DNA of 64,000 nt. Source: Neocallimastix sp. 'constans' (taxonomy: Eukaryota). The stretch's first letter is position 1. Every line of letters begins with the position of its first letter. The position numbers and the translations under genes were made by a program. The notes under the pieces are model-generated. The model searched no databases and was not told where the DNA came from. It worked only from the letters and a program-made list of their open reading frames with translations. Shown here piece by piece: positions 13,301 through 26,779 of the stretch. The DNA lies in NCBI GenBank assembly GCA_050613775.1, contig JBODTK010000131.1, positions 1 to 64,000 on the forward strand, given 5' to 3'.

Positions 13301-14498
13301 TAAAATGGAATATCTACCAGTTAGACGTAAAAGCTGCCTACCTAAACGCTAACCTTGATAAAGACATATATACCACTATCCCTCCCGGAGATAAGAATTA
13401 CCAAAAAGGATTTTGGAAATTAAATAAAGCTCTGTATGGCTTAAGGCAGTCTGGAAGACAATGGTTCGAAACAATTTCTATCTTCATAAAAGAACAAGGC
13501 TTCCATCAATTAAAATCAGATCCGTGCATTTTTAGGAAACTAAAAAATAATAAAATAATTTGTTTAATTGGTATATATGTAGATGATATGATCATCAGTG
13601 GTAGTAACTATGAAATAAATGATATAATCAATAAAATTAAATCAAAATTTAAAATCTCTAATTATGGGCCTATAAAATATTTTCTAGGTATTACAATTGA
13701 ACAAACGAAATTCAAATACCGAATTTCACAAACAAATTTTATTGAAAATTTATTGAGTAATTTTAAAATTACTTAAAACAAAAGAACTAACACACCTTGC
13801 ACACTAAATAATATTACTAATGATAAACCTTTTGATCCTACTACATATAAAAGTGTAATCGGATCACTTATATATTTAGCAAAATGCACTCGGCCAAACA
13901 TTTCTTTGGCAGTACATCATGCTGCACGATAGTGTGAAAATTCTACATACGCCGATTGGTATAAAATTATTAATATTTTAAAATATTTAAATAACACTAA
14001 ATACTACAAAATTTTATATAATGGGGTTTAGGTCCATTTCATGGATATACCGATGCCGATTTCGCTGATGACAAGGAAAACCGGAAATCAACATCAGGTC
14101 ATATATTCTTAATGGGAAACTCGCCCATTTCATGGTATTCCAAGAAATAAACAATAGTAGCTATTTCCACTGCAGAGGCAGAATTCATTAGTACCTCAGA
14201 ATGCATCAAGAAGGCTCTGTGGTTTAAAAACATTATATATGAATTATTCAACCACAAATCTCCTATCACAATATACACAGACAATAAATCAAGTAAAATA
14301 ATTATGGAAAATGGTGAATTCTCTACAAAATTAAAACATATAGATATAAAATTTCATTTTGATAACGACAACATTAAGAAAAACAAAATTATACTAAAAT
14401 ACAAGAATATAAGTGAAATGGTGGCCGACATATTAACAAAAAACATTAATGGAACAAAATTAAAAAGTTTCACAAGTAAAATTTTTGACATAAACTAA
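10338..14498 (+). pseudogene. copia gag-pol polyprotein, inactivated
   Basis: Degenerate zinc knuckle (ICNKKGHLAKDC), protease WTYDTGASEH, WHRRLGH, integrase IHSDLIGP..FIDEFSRKSW..SDNA..NGIAERFN, RT KARLVARGF..LYGLRQSGRQW..YVDDM, RNase H TDADFA..STAEAEF..ADILTK. About ten stop codons and two frameshifts. Confidence 0.95.
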
Positions 14499-14590
14499 TA
14501 CATACTATACAAAACTAAACAATACATATTATAAAATCAACTTTACAAAACATTAAATCATTTCCTAAAATAATTTAAGTTTAAGCGGAA

Positions 14591-14809
14591 TGTTAGAATA
14601 ATTAAAACATTGAATTGAATTAATAATAATTAGTAATAATTAGTAATGCATTTATTCTAAGAATATTCATGTAATTCAAAATTAGTAATGAAGCCAAGCC
14701 ACAAATTTTTATATAAATACAACTTTATTTGTGTAAGTACTAAAACAATTAGCAATAATATAATAAATAAAATTATAAATTTATTAATAAAACTTAAATA
14801 TTTCTTACA
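14591..14809 (+). repeat. 3' LTR
   Basis: Preceded by the PPT-like AAGCGGAA and followed by the TSD ATAAC. Confidence 0.95.
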
Positions 14810-15173
14810 ATAACATATAAAATAAATATTTTAATATGAAATTTAAAAAATAATTAATATTTAAAAAAAAAATTTTTTTTTCATTATTTTATAATAATTA
14901 TTTTTTAATAAATAATAAATTTTTTTTAAATATAGATTTTTTATTTTTTATTTTTTTTTTTATTCCAGTTCATATATTTTTAAATTTCATTTTTATTTTT
15001 ATTTTTATTTTATTAATAATAACAACATTTTTCATTATTATTTATAATAAAAGCAGTTTTAATAAATTCTATTGTAAAACTAAAAAATAATAATTTCTAA
15101 TTGTTCTTTTATAATAAACAATAAAATAAATAATGTACATATTGTGAAGAATAGGGTTTTATGAAATTATAAC

Positions 15174-16766
15174 TTAAGTTAATAAATATTTTATTAATTC
15201 TATATTTCCATTTTTACATGCAATTAATAATGGGGTGTCTCCATCTTTATTTCTCTTATTGATATTCATTCCATACCGAATCAATTTTTTAACTTCTTCA
15301 ATATTACCTTGTTTACATTCAGAGGTTAATAAGGTTTCATTATTATCTCTTTTATTATTATATTTTTCAATTATATAATTCTTTTTTTTCAATTTTTCCT
15401 CATCTTTTTTCTCTTTCTCCTTTTTTTCTTCTTCCAATTCTTTTTTCATTAATTCATTTTCTTTTTCTATTTTTTCCTTCGTTTTTCTTTCATTTTCCAA
15501 TTCTTTTATTTTTATTTCATTTTCTTTTTCTATTTTTTCTTTTGCTTTTCTTTCATTTTCCAATTCTTTTATTTTTATTTCATTTTCTTTTTCTATTTTT
15601 TCTTTTGCTTTTCTTTCATTTTCCAATTCTTTTTTCATTGATTCATTTTCTTTTTTTATTTTTTCTTTTTCTTTTCTTTCATTTTCCAATTCTTTTTTCA
15701 TTGATTCATTTTCTTTTTCTATTTTTTCTTTTGCTTTTATTTTATTTTCCAATTTTTTTTTCATTGATTCATTTTCTTTTTTTATTTTTTCTTTCTCCTT
15801 TTTTTCTTTTTCCAATTCTATTTTCTTTATTTCATTTTCTTTTCCTATTTTATCTTTTGCTTTTCTTTCATTTTCCAATTCTTTTTTCATTGATTCGTTT
15901 TCTTTTTCTATTTTTTCGCTTGCTTTTCTTTCTTCTTCCAATTGTTTTTTCATTAATTCCTTCTCATTTTTTATTCTTTCTTTTTCATTAATTTCATTAA
16001 ATTTTTTCAAAAAGTAACTGTTTCTGCTGAATATTACTTCAATTATATTTTTATTTTTACAAAAATTGATTAATTTGATAAATTTAGAATTAATTTCTGA
16101 AATATTATTTAATTTACAATCTGAATATTTTATCGAAATTATTTTTTCAATATCATTTTCATCAATTCTTAATTTTATTCCATTTTCTTTGGAATATTCC
16201 ACCAACACATTAAACATTTCAATATTATTATTTTGTATTGCCCCAAATATTGGGATAAATCCATCTTCATTTTTTTCATTTAATTCTAAAATAATTTTAT
16301 TGTTATTGGCATATTCTATTAACAATTTAACCATTTCAATATTATTACTAATAGTGGCTCTTAAAAGTGGATACCATCCATCTTTATTTTTTTCATTTAA
16401 TTCTAAAATAATTTTATTGTTATTGGCATAATCCATTAATAAATGAACCATTTCAATATTATTATTATCAGTGGCTCTTAAAAGTGGATAATAATTTCCA
16501 TAATTATTTTTTTCATTTAATTTTAAAATAATTTTATTTTCTGTGGCATAATCAATTAATAATTTAATTATTTCAATATTATTTTCATAAGTGGCTTCTA
16601 AAAGTGGATACTCTCCATATTCATTTTTTTCATTTAATTCCAAAATAATTTTATTTTTAATAGCATAATCTAAAATAGTTTTTACTTTTTGAATATTGCC
16701 ATTTTTAATTTCCTTATTAAGTTCTTCTTTCAAATCTTCTTTACTTTTATAAAAAAATAAATCCAT
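15174..16766 (-). CDS. Ankyrin-repeat / 21-aa-repeat coiled-coil / ankyrin protein, copy 2 (intact, ~530 aa)
   Basis: Uninterrupted ORF with first ATG at 16766 (the track start at 16799 is TTG). Four 39-40-aa ankyrin repeats plus an N-cap, K/E-rich 21-aa repeats, and two C-terminal ankyrin repeats (ETLLTSEC..GDTPLLIAC). The true start could lie on an upstream exon. Confidence 0.88.
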   Translation of the reverse strand: MDLFFYKSKEDLKEELNKEIKNGNIQKVKTILDYAIKNKIILELNEKNEYGEYPLLEATYENNIEIIKLLIDYATENKIILKLNEKNNYGNYYPLLRATDNNNIEMVHLLMDYANNNKIILELNEKNKDGWYPLLRATISNNIEMVKLLIEYANNNKIILELNEKNEDGFIPIFGAIQNNNIEMFNVLVEYSKENGIKLRIDENDIEKIISIKYSDCKLNNISEINSKFIKLINFCKNKNIIEVIFSRNSYFLKKFNEINEKERIKNEKELMKKQLEEERKASEKIEKENESMKKELENERKAKDKIGKENEIKKIELEKEKKEKEKIKKENESMKKKLENKIKAKEKIEKENESMKKELENERKEKEKIKKENESMKKELENERKAKEKIEKENEIKIKELENERKAKEKIEKENEIKIKELENERKTKEKIEKENELMKKELEEEKKEKEKKDEEKLKKKNYIIEKYNNKRDNNETLLTSECKQGNIEEVKKLIRYGMNINKRNKDGDTPLLIACKNGNIELIKYLLT

Positions 16767-17295
16767 AATTTTTAACTTTTTTTTTTTATCTTTATTCAAT
16801 AATTTTTTATTTCTGGAATTTCCTTATAACAGATGAAATTATTTATATTTTATGATCAATTTGTTTTTTAAATTTTTATTTATTTATTTATTTTTTTTCA
16901 TTTTATGAATTTAAACAAAAAAAATTTTTTTTTTTTTCAAAAAAATTTTCTTTTCTTTTTATACTATAAATAGTAATTAAAAAAAATTATTAGTTCCTTT
17001 TTTTTAATTTATTTTCCGTTTAATTTTTTTTTTAAATAAAAAAATTAAAAAAATTGGAACTAATAAAAAAAATTAATTTTTTTATTTCATTTTTTAATTT
17101 AAATTAAATAAATGAATATATTATAATATATTATAATATATATTAAAATATTATTTACATATATAATCAATTATTTTTAACTCTTTTTTATTGCTTTTTA
17201 TGTCCATAAATATAGAAATAAAGCAGAAGAAATAATAAGTAATAATAAATAAATAAATAAATAAATATGCTAATAATAATAATAATAATAATAAT

Positions 17296-17334
<39 letters not shown>

Positions 17335-17704
17335 TAATAATAATAATAAGATAAAGAAATAATAATAATAATAATAAAATAATAATAATAATAATAATAA
17401 TTAAAATAATAATTAAAATAATAATAATAATAATAATAATAATAATTTTAATTATAATAAATAAAATTATAATATCATAAGTAATATCTTTTTTTTTTTT
17501 TATAATATTTTATCTTTTTCTTTCATAATAGATTTTAATTAAAGAGAATAACAAAATGAAGATATTTTCCAATTCAATCCTTTTAAATTTATTTTTTCTA
17601 TTTTTTTATTGTTCATTGTATAAATACTCTTAATAATTTAATGATTTCGATATTTTTTTAAATAATTACCTATATAAAGTAAACATCATACATCATATAA
17701 ATTA

Positions 17705-17736
<32 letters not shown>

Positions 17737-18406
17737 TTTATTTTATATTTTAATTTGAAATTCTACAGGAGTTGTTATTATTCAAAATTTATAATTTCAA
17801 AAATTATAATTTCAAAATAAATCGAAAAACATCTTTTTCACTCTTAAATTTTTAAACAGTTAAAAAATATTTTTAAATATTTATGAAAATGAATAACTTA
17901 AAAAAAAAAAAAAATAAAAAATAAAAAAATATATAAAAATTAAATGAAACCAAAATTAGAAAAAAAAAAAAAATTAAAAAATTTTAAAATTACAAATTTA
18001 AAGTTAAAATTAAATATTTTAATTCTAAAAAATTATTACATAATAATATATAAAATAAATATTTTAATATGAAATTTAAAAAATAATTAATATTTAAAAA
18101 AAAATTTTTTTTTCATTATTTTATAATAATTATTTTTTAATAAATAATAAATTTTTTTTTAAATATAGATTTTTTATTTTTTATTTTTTTTTTTATTCCA
18201 GTTCATATATTTTTAAATTTCATTTTTATTTTTATTTTTATTTTATAAATAATAACAACATTTTTCATTATTATTTATAATAAAAGCAGTTTTAATAAAT
18301 TCTATTGTAAAACTAAAAAATAATAATTTCTAATTGTTCTTTTATAACAAACAATAAAATAAATAATGTACATATTATGAAGAAGAGGGTTTTATGAAAT
18401 TATAAC

Positions 18407-19616
18407 TTAACTTAATAAATATTTTATTAATTCTATATTTCTATTTTTACATGCAATTAATAATGGTGTGTCTCCATCTTTATTCTTCCTATTGATATTC
18501 ATTCCATACCGAATCAATTTTTTAACTTCTTCAATATTACCTTGTTTACATTCAGAGGTTAATAAGGTTTCATTATTATCTCTTTTATTATTAATTTTTT
18601 CAATTATATAATTCTTCTTTTCCAATTTTTCCTCTTTTTTTTTCTCTTTCTCCTTTTTTTCTTCTTCCAATTCTTTTTTCATTGATTCATTTTCATTTTC
18701 TATTTTTTCCTTTGCTTTTCTTTCATTTTCCAATTCTTTTATTTTTATTTCATTTTCTTTTTTTTATTTTTTCCTTTGCTTTTCTTTCTTTTTCCAATTC
18801 TTTTTTCATTAATTCATTTTCTTTTTTTATTTTTTCTTTTGCTTTTCTTTCATTTTCCAATTCTATTTTCATTAATTCATTTTCTTTTTCTATTTTTTCT
18901 TTTGCTTTTCTTTCATTTTCCAATTCTTTTTTCATTAATTCATTTTCTTTTTTTATTTTTTCTTTCTCCTTTTTTTTTTCTTCCAATTCTATTTTCTTTA
19001 TTTCATTTTCAATTTCTAATACTTCATATTTCTTACTTTCATTTTCTATTCCTTTATTCTTATTAATTTCATTAAATCTTTTCAAAAAGTAACTGTTTTC
19101 ACTGAATATTACTTCAATTATATTTTTATTTTTACAAAAATAGATTAATTCGATAAATTTAGAATTAATTTCTGAAATATTATTTAATTTACAAAAGTAA
19201 TATTCTTCGGAAATCATATTTTCAATATCATTTTCATCAATTCTTAATTTTATTCCTTTTTCTATAGAATATTCCACCAACATTTTAAACATTTCAATAT
19301 TATTATTTTGCATTGCCTCAAATATTGGGGTATATCCAGTATTACTTTTTTCATTTAATTTCAAAATAATTTTATTTTTATTGGCATAATCGATTAATAA
19401 TTTAATCATTTTAATATTATTTTCATAAGTGGCATATAAAAGTGGATTCCATCCATATATATCTTTTTCATTTAATTTCAAAATAATTTTATTTTCACTG
19501 GAATAATCTATAATATTTTTTACTTTTTGAGTATTCCTATTTTTAATTTCCTTAATAAGTTCTTCTTTAAAATCTTCTTTACTTTTATAAAAAAATAAAT
19601 ACAAATTTTTTAACAT
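18407..19616 (-). CDS. Ankyrin/coiled-coil/ankyrin copy 3 (single +1 frameshift in a poly-A run at ~18760; pseudogene or assembly error)
   Basis: ORFs 18750-19637 and 18407-18733 join if the T8 run at 18758-18765 is T7, as in neighbouring repeats. Two N-terminal repeats. Confidence 0.75.
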
Positions 19617-20137
19617 TTTTTTTTTATTTTTATTCAATTAATTTTTTATTTCTGGAATTTCCTTATAAAAGATCAAATTATTTATATTTTATAATCAATT
19701 TTTTTTTAAAATTTTTATTTATTTATTTATTAATTTTTATTCATTTTATGAATTTAAAAAAAAAAATTTTTTTTCTTTTTCAAAAAAATTTTCTTTTCTT
19801 TTTATACTATAAATAATAATTAAAAAAAATTTTTAGTTCTTTTTTTTTTATTTTATTTTCAGTTTTATTTTTTTTTAAATAAAATAATTAAAAATATATA
19901 TATATATATATTTTTATATATAAAAAAATTGGAACTAAAAAAAAAAATTAATTTTTTTATTTCATTTTTTAATTTAAATTTAAATAAATGAATATATTAT
20001 AATATATTATAATATATATTAAAATATTATTAATTTAATCAATTATTTTTAACTCTTTTTATTGTTTTTTATGTCCATGAATATAGAAATAAAGCAGAAG
20101 AAATAATAAGTAATAATAAATAAATAAATAAATAAAC

Positions 20138-20195
<58 letters not shown>

Positions 20196-20436
20196 TATAA
20201 TAAAAATAAGAATAAATACAATTGTACATTATATCATTTTTTTTATAATATTTTTTCTTTTTCTTTCATAATAGATTTTATTTAAAGAGATAGAATAATA
20301 AAAAGTAGAGATATTTTCCAATTCAAACCTTTTCAATTTAATTTTATTTTTAAGAGACATAAATACTATTTAAATATTAATTATTTCAATATTTTTATAA
20401 ATAATTTCAGTTAAAAAGTAAACATCTTCCATATTC

Positions 20437-20469
<33 letters not shown>

Positions 20470-20638
20470 TAGTTTATTATATATTTTAATTTGGAATTCT
20501 ACAGGAGTTAATATTAATTATAATTTATAATTTCAAAAATTTTAATTTCAAAATAGATCGAAAAACATCTTTTTCACTTTTAAATTTTTAAACAATTAAA
20601 AAATATTTTTAAATATATATGAAAATGAATAACTAAAA

Positions 20639-20673
<35 letters not shown>

Positions 20674-21111
20674 ATATAAAAATTAAATGAAACCAAAATA
20701 AAAAAAAAAAAATTAAAAAATATTAAAATTATATATTTAAAGTTAAAATTGAATATGTTCATTATAAAAATAACTAACTTTTAATAATATAAAAAAATAA
20801 ATATTTTAAAAAGAAAATTAAAAAATTAAATATTTTAGAATAAAGAAAAAAAATTTTATTTTTAAATTAAAAATTTTTTTATTTTTTTATTTTTTTTTTA
20901 TTCTAATTTATATATTTCTAAATTTTATTTTTCTTATTATTATTTTTTTTTCATAATAAAAACATTTTTTTATTATTATTTATAATAAAAGCTGTTTTAA
21001 TAAATTCTATTGTAAAACTAAAAAATAATAATTTCTAATTGTTCTTTTATAATAAACAATAAAATAAATAATGTACATATTATGAAGAAGAGGGTTTTAT
21101 GAAGTTATAAC

Positions 21112-22601
21112 TTAACTTAATAAATACTTTATTAATTCTATATTTCCATTTTTACATGCAATTAATAATGGTGTGTCTCCATCTTTATTCTTCCTATTGA
21201 TATTCATTCCATACCGAATCAATTTTTTAACTTCTTCAATATTACCTTGTTTACATTCAGAGGTTAATAAGGTTTCATTAATATCTCTTTTATTATTATA
21301 TTTTTCAATTATATAATTCTTTTTTTTCAATTTTTCCTCTTCTTTTTTCTCTTTCTCCTTTTTTTCTTCTTCCAATTCTTTTTTCATTAATTCATTTTCT
21401 TTTTCTATTTTTTCCTTTGTTTTTCTTTCATTTTCTAATTCTTTTATTTTTATTTCATTCTCTTTTTCTACTTTTTCTTTTGCTTTTCTTTCATTTTCCA
21501 ATTCTTTTTTCATTGATTCATTTTCTTTTTCTATTTTTTCTTTTGCTTTTCTTTCTTTTTCCAATTCTTTTTTCATTGATTCATTTTCTTTTTCTATTTT
21601 TTCTTTTGCTTTTCTTTCTTTTTCCAATTCTTTTTTCATTGATTCATTTTCTTTTTTATTTTTTCTTTTGCTTTTCTTTCATTTTCCAATTCTTTTTTCA
21701 TTAGTTCATTTTCTTTTTCTATTTTTTCCTTTGTTTTTCTTTCATTTTCCAATTCTTTTTTCATTGATTCATTTTCTTTTTCTGTTTTTTCTTTTGCTTT
21801 TCTTTCATTTTCATTAATTTCATTTAATTTTTTCAAAAAGTAACTGTTTCCGCTGAATATTACTTCAATTTTATTTTTATTTTTATAAAAATAGATTAAT
21901 TTTATAAATTTAGAATTAATTTCTGAAATATTATTTAATTTACAAAGCGGATATTTTTCCGAAATCATTTTTTCAATATCATTTTTATCAATTCTTAGTT
22001 TTATTCCATTTTCTATGGAATATTCCACTAACAATTTAAACATTTCAATATTATTATTTTGCATTGCCTCAAATATTGGGGTATATCCACTATTACTTTT
22101 TTCATTTAATTTCAAAATAATTTTATTGTTATTGGCATAATCTATTAACAATTGAACTATTTCAATATTATTGTAATAAGTGGTATTTAAAAGTGGATAC
22201 CATCCATTGTCATTTTTTTCATTTAATTCCAAAATAATTTTATTTTCAATGGCATAATCAATTAACAATTGAACCATTTTAATATTATTCTCATCAGTGG
22301 CATAATAAAGTGGATAACATCCATCTTCATCTTTTTCATTTAATTCTAAAATAATTTTATTTTCAGTGGCATAATCAATTAACAATTGAACTATTTCAAT
22401 ATTATTATTATTAATGGCTTTCAAAAGTGGATAACTTCCATCTTCATTTTTTTCATTTAATTCTAAAATAATTTTATTTTTAATGGCATAATCTAAAATA
22501 GTTTTTACTTTTTGAGTATTGTCACTTCTAATTTCCTTATTAAGTTCTTCTTTCAAATCTTCTTTACTTTTATAAAAAAATAAATCCATAATTTTTAACA
22601 T
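21112..22601 (-). CDS. Ankyrin/coiled-coil/ankyrin copy 4 (single -1 frameshift in a poly-A run at ~21655)
   Basis: ORFs 21636-22601 and 21112-21639 join if T6 at 21652-21657 is T7. Four N-terminal repeats. Confidence 0.75.
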
Positions 22602-23090
22602 TTTTTTTTATCTTTATTCAATAATTTTTTATTTCTGGAATTTCCTTATAACAGATGAAATTATTTATATTTTATGATCAATTTGTTTTTTAAATTTTTA
22701 TTTATTTATTTATTTTTTTCATTTTATGAATTTAAACAAAAAAATTTTTTTTTTTTTCAAAAAAATTTTCTTTTCTTTTTATACTATAAATAGTAATTAA
22801 AAAAAAATATTAGTTCCTTTTTTTTAATTTATTTTCCGTTTAATTTTTTTTTTAAATAAAAAAATTAAAAAAATTGGAACTAATAAAAAAAATTAATTTT
22901 TTTATTTCATTTTTTAATTTAAATTAAATAAATGAATATATTATAATATATTATAATATATATTAAAATATTATTTACATATATAATCAATTATTTTTAA
23001 CTCTTTTTTATTGCTTTTTATGTCCATAAATATAGAAATAAAGCAGAAGAAATAATAATAATAAATAAATAAATAAATAAATAAATATGC

Positions 23091-23136
<46 letters not shown>

Positions 23137-23757
23137 TAATAATAATAATAAGATAAAGAAATAATAATAATAATAATAATAATAATTAAAATAATAATTA
23201 AAATAATAATTAAAATAATAATAATAATAATAATAATAATAATTTTAATTATAATAAATAAAATTATAATAACATAAGTAATATCATTTTTTTATTTTTT
23301 TATAATATTTTATCTTTTTCTTTCATAATAGATTTTATTTAAAGAGATAGAATAACAAAATGAAGATATTTTCCAATTCAATCCTTTTAAATTTATTTTT
23401 TCTATTTTTTTATTTTTCATTGTATAAATACTCTTAATAATTTTATGATTTCGATATTTTTTTAAATAATTACCTATATAAAGTAAACATCATAAATCAT
23501 ATAAATTATTTTTTTTTTTTTTTTAAATTTATTTATTTATTTAGTTTATATTTTAATTTGGAATTCTTCAGGAGTTATTATTAATTAAAATTTATATTTT
23601 CAAAAATTATAATTTCAAAATAAATCGAAAAACATCTTTTTCACTCTTAAATTTTTAAACAGTTAAAAAATATTTTTAAATATTTATGAAAATGAATAAC
23701 TTAAAAAAAAAAAATAAAAAATAAAAAAATATATAAAAATTAAATGAAACCAAAATG

Positions 23758-23816
<59 letters not shown>

Positions 23817-24199
23817 TTATAAATTTAAAGTTAAAATTAAATATTTTAATTCTAAAAAATTATTACATATTAATATATAAAATAAATATTTTAATATGAA
23901 AATTAAATAAATAATTATTAAAAAATAAAGAAAATATATATATATATATTTTTTTTTAAATATTAATTTTTTATTTCTTATTATTTTTTTTTTTTTTATT
24001 CTAGTTTATATATTTTTAAATTTTATTTTTATTTTTTTTTATAAATAACAACATTTTTCATTATTATTTATAATAAAAGCAGTTTTAATAAATTCTATTG
24101 TAAAACTAAAAAATAATAATTTCTAATTGTTCTTTTATAACAAACAATAAAATAAATAATGTACATATTGTGAAGAATAGGGTTTTATGAAATTATAAC

Positions 24200-25609
24200 T
24201 TAACTTAATAAATATTTTATTAATTCTATATTTCCATTTTTACATGCAATTAATAATGATGTGTCTCCATCTTTATTCTTCCTATTGATATTCATTCCAT
24301 ACCGAATCAATTTTTTAACTTCTTCAATATTACCATGTTTACATTCAGAGGTTAATAAGGTTTCATTATTATCTCTTTTATTATTAATTTTTTCAATTAT
24401 ATAATTCTTCTTTTCCAATTTTTGCTCTTTTTTTTTCTCTTTCTCCTTTTTTTCTTCTTCCAATTCTACTTTCATTAATTCATTTTCTTTTTCTATTTTT
24501 TCCTTTGCTTTTCTTTCATTTTCCAATTCTTTTTTCATCAATTCATTTTCTTTTTCTATTTTTTCTTTTGTTTTTCTTTCATTTTCCAATTCTTTTTTCA
24601 TTAATTTATTTTCATTTTCTATTTTTTCTTTTGCTTTTCTTTCATTTTCCAATTCTTTTTTCATTAATTCATTTTCTTTTTCTATTTTTTCTTTTGCTTT
24701 TCTTTCATTTTCCAATTCTTTTATTTTTATTTCATTCTCTTTTTCTACTTTTTCTTTTGCTTTTCTTTCATTTTCCAATTCTTTTTTCATTGATTCATTT
24801 TCTTTTTCTATTTTTTCCTTCGCTTTTCTTTCATTTTCCAATTCTTTCATTTTTATTTCATTTTCTTTTCCTATTTTATCTTTTGCTTTTCTTTCTTTTT
24901 CCAATTCTTTTTTCATTAATTCATTTTCTTTTTTTATTCTTTCTTTTTCATTAATTTCATTAAATTTTTTCAAAAAGTAACTGTTTCTACTGAATATTAC
25001 TTCAATTATATTTTTATTTTTATAAAAATTGATTAATTCGATAAATTTAGAATTAATTTCTGAAATATTCTTTAATTTACAAAGCGGATATTTTATCAAA
25101 ATCATTTTTTCAATATCATTTTCATCAATTCTTAATTTTATTCCTTTTTCTATGGAATATTCCACCAGCAATTTAAACATTTCAATATTATTATTTTGCA
25201 TTGCCGCAAATATTGGTGTATATCCATTTTTATCTTTTTCATTTAATTCTAAAATAATATTATTTTTATTGGCATAATCTATTAATAATTGAACCTTTTC
25301 AATATTATTACGATTAGTGGCATATAAAAGTGGATACCATCCATAATTATTTTTTTCATTTAATTCTAAAATAATTTTATTTTTATTGGCATAATCAATT
25401 AATAATTGAACAATTTCAATATTATTACGATTAGTGGCATATAAAAGTGGATAATTTCCATAATTATTTTTTTCAATTAATTCTAAAATAATTTTATTTT
25501 CAGTGGCATAATCTAAAATAGTTTTTACTTGTTGAGTATTGCCAAAAATAATTGCCTTATTAAGTCCTACTTTCAAATCTTTTTTACTTTTATAAAAAAA
25601 TGAATTCAT
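24200..25609 (-). CDS. Ankyrin/coiled-coil/ankyrin copy 5 (intact, 469 aa)
   Basis: Uninterrupted ATG-to-stop ORF with three N-terminal repeats, two of them nearly identical (YPLLYATNRNN). Confidence 0.9.
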   Translation of the reverse strand: MNSFFYKSKKDLKVGLNKAIIFGNTQQVKTILDYATENKIILELIEKNNYGNYPLLYATNRNNIEIVQLLIDYANKNKIILELNEKNNYGWYPLLYATNRNNIEKVQLLIDYANKNNIILELNEKDKNGYTPIFAAMQNNNIEMFKLLVEYSIEKGIKLRIDENDIEKMILIKYPLCKLKNISEINSKFIELINFYKNKNIIEVIFSRNSYFLKKFNEINEKERIKKENELMKKELEKERKAKDKIGKENEIKMKELENERKAKEKIEKENESMKKELENERKAKEKVEKENEIKIKELENERKAKEKIEKENELMKKELENERKAKEKIENENKLMKKELENERKTKEKIEKENELMKKELENERKAKEKIEKENELMKVELEEEKKEKEKKKEQKLEKKNYIIEKINNKRDNNETLLTSECKHGNIEEVKKLIRYGMNINRKNKDGDTSLLIACKNGNIELIKYLLS

Positions 25610-26345
25610 AATTTTTAAATTTTTTTTATTTTTATTTAATAATTTATTATTTCTGGAATTTCCTTATAACAGTTGAAATTATTTATATTTTATGATCAAT
25701 TTGTTTTTTAAATTTTTATTTATTTATTTATTTATTAATTTTTATTCATTATATGAATTTAAAAAAAAAAAAATTTCTTTTCTTTTTATACTATAAATAA
25801 TAATTAAAAAAAAAAATTTTTAGTTCCTTTTTTTTTTTTTTTTAAATAAAAAAATTAAAAAATTGGAACTAATAAAAAAAAAATTAATTTTTTTATTTCA
25901 TTTTTTAATTTAAATTAAATAAATGAATATATTATAATATATTATAATATATTTTAATATATTATTTACATATTTAATCAATTATTTTTAACTCTTTTTT
26001 ATTGCTTTTTTTGTCCATAAATATAGAAATAAAGCAGAAGAAATAATAAGTAATAATAAATAAATAAATAAATAAACTAATAATAATAATAATAATAATA
26101 ATAATTATAATAATAAAAATAAGAATAAATATTATTGTACATTATATCATTTTTTTTTTATAATATTTTTTCTTTTTCTTTAATAGATTTTATTTAAAGA
26201 GATAGAATAATAAAAAGTAGAGATATTTTCCAATTCAAACCTTTTCAAATTAATTTTATTTTTAAGAGACATAAACACTATTAAAATATTAATTATTCCA
26301 ATATTTTTATAAATAATTTCAGTTAAAAAGTAAACATCTTCCATA

Positions 26346-26376
<31 letters not shown>

Positions 26377-26539
26377 TAGTTTATTATATATTTTAATTTG
26401 GAATTCTTCAGAGTTGTTATTAATTAAAATTTATAATTTCAAAGATTATAATTTCAAAATAAATCGAAAAACATCTTTTTCACTCTTAAATTTTTAAACA
26501 ATTAAAAAATATTTTTAAATATATATGAAAATGAATAAC

Positions 26540-26588
<49 letters not shown>

Positions 26589-26605
26589 TAAATGAAACCA
26601 AAATG

Positions 26606-26640
<35 letters not shown>

Positions 26641-26779
26641 ATTTAAATATAAATTTTTATTTTTTATTTTTTTTTTTATTCTAGTTCATATGTTCATATA
26701 TTTTTAAATTTTATTTTTATTTTTTATTTTTATTTTTATTTTTTTTTTTTATAATAATAACAACATTTTTCATTATTAT

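Larger units (their letters stand above)
10087..14809 (+). mobile_element. Full-length but decayed Ty1/copia LTR retrotransposon inserted in an ankyrin-array spacer
   Basis: 219-bp LTRs (TG...CA) at 10087-10305 and 14591-14809, 5-bp TSD ATAAC (10082-10086 and 14810-14814), gag-PR-IN-RT-RH order. The empty-site sequence is visible in the sister spacer near 18040. Confidence 0.97.

Noticed and set aside
10338..14498. Many in-frame TAA codons suggesting an alternative genetic code or readthrough
   Set aside because: They replace different residues (Glu, Leu, Gln by motif context) and co-occur with frameshifts. Host genes here terminate at TAA, so this is ordinary decay.
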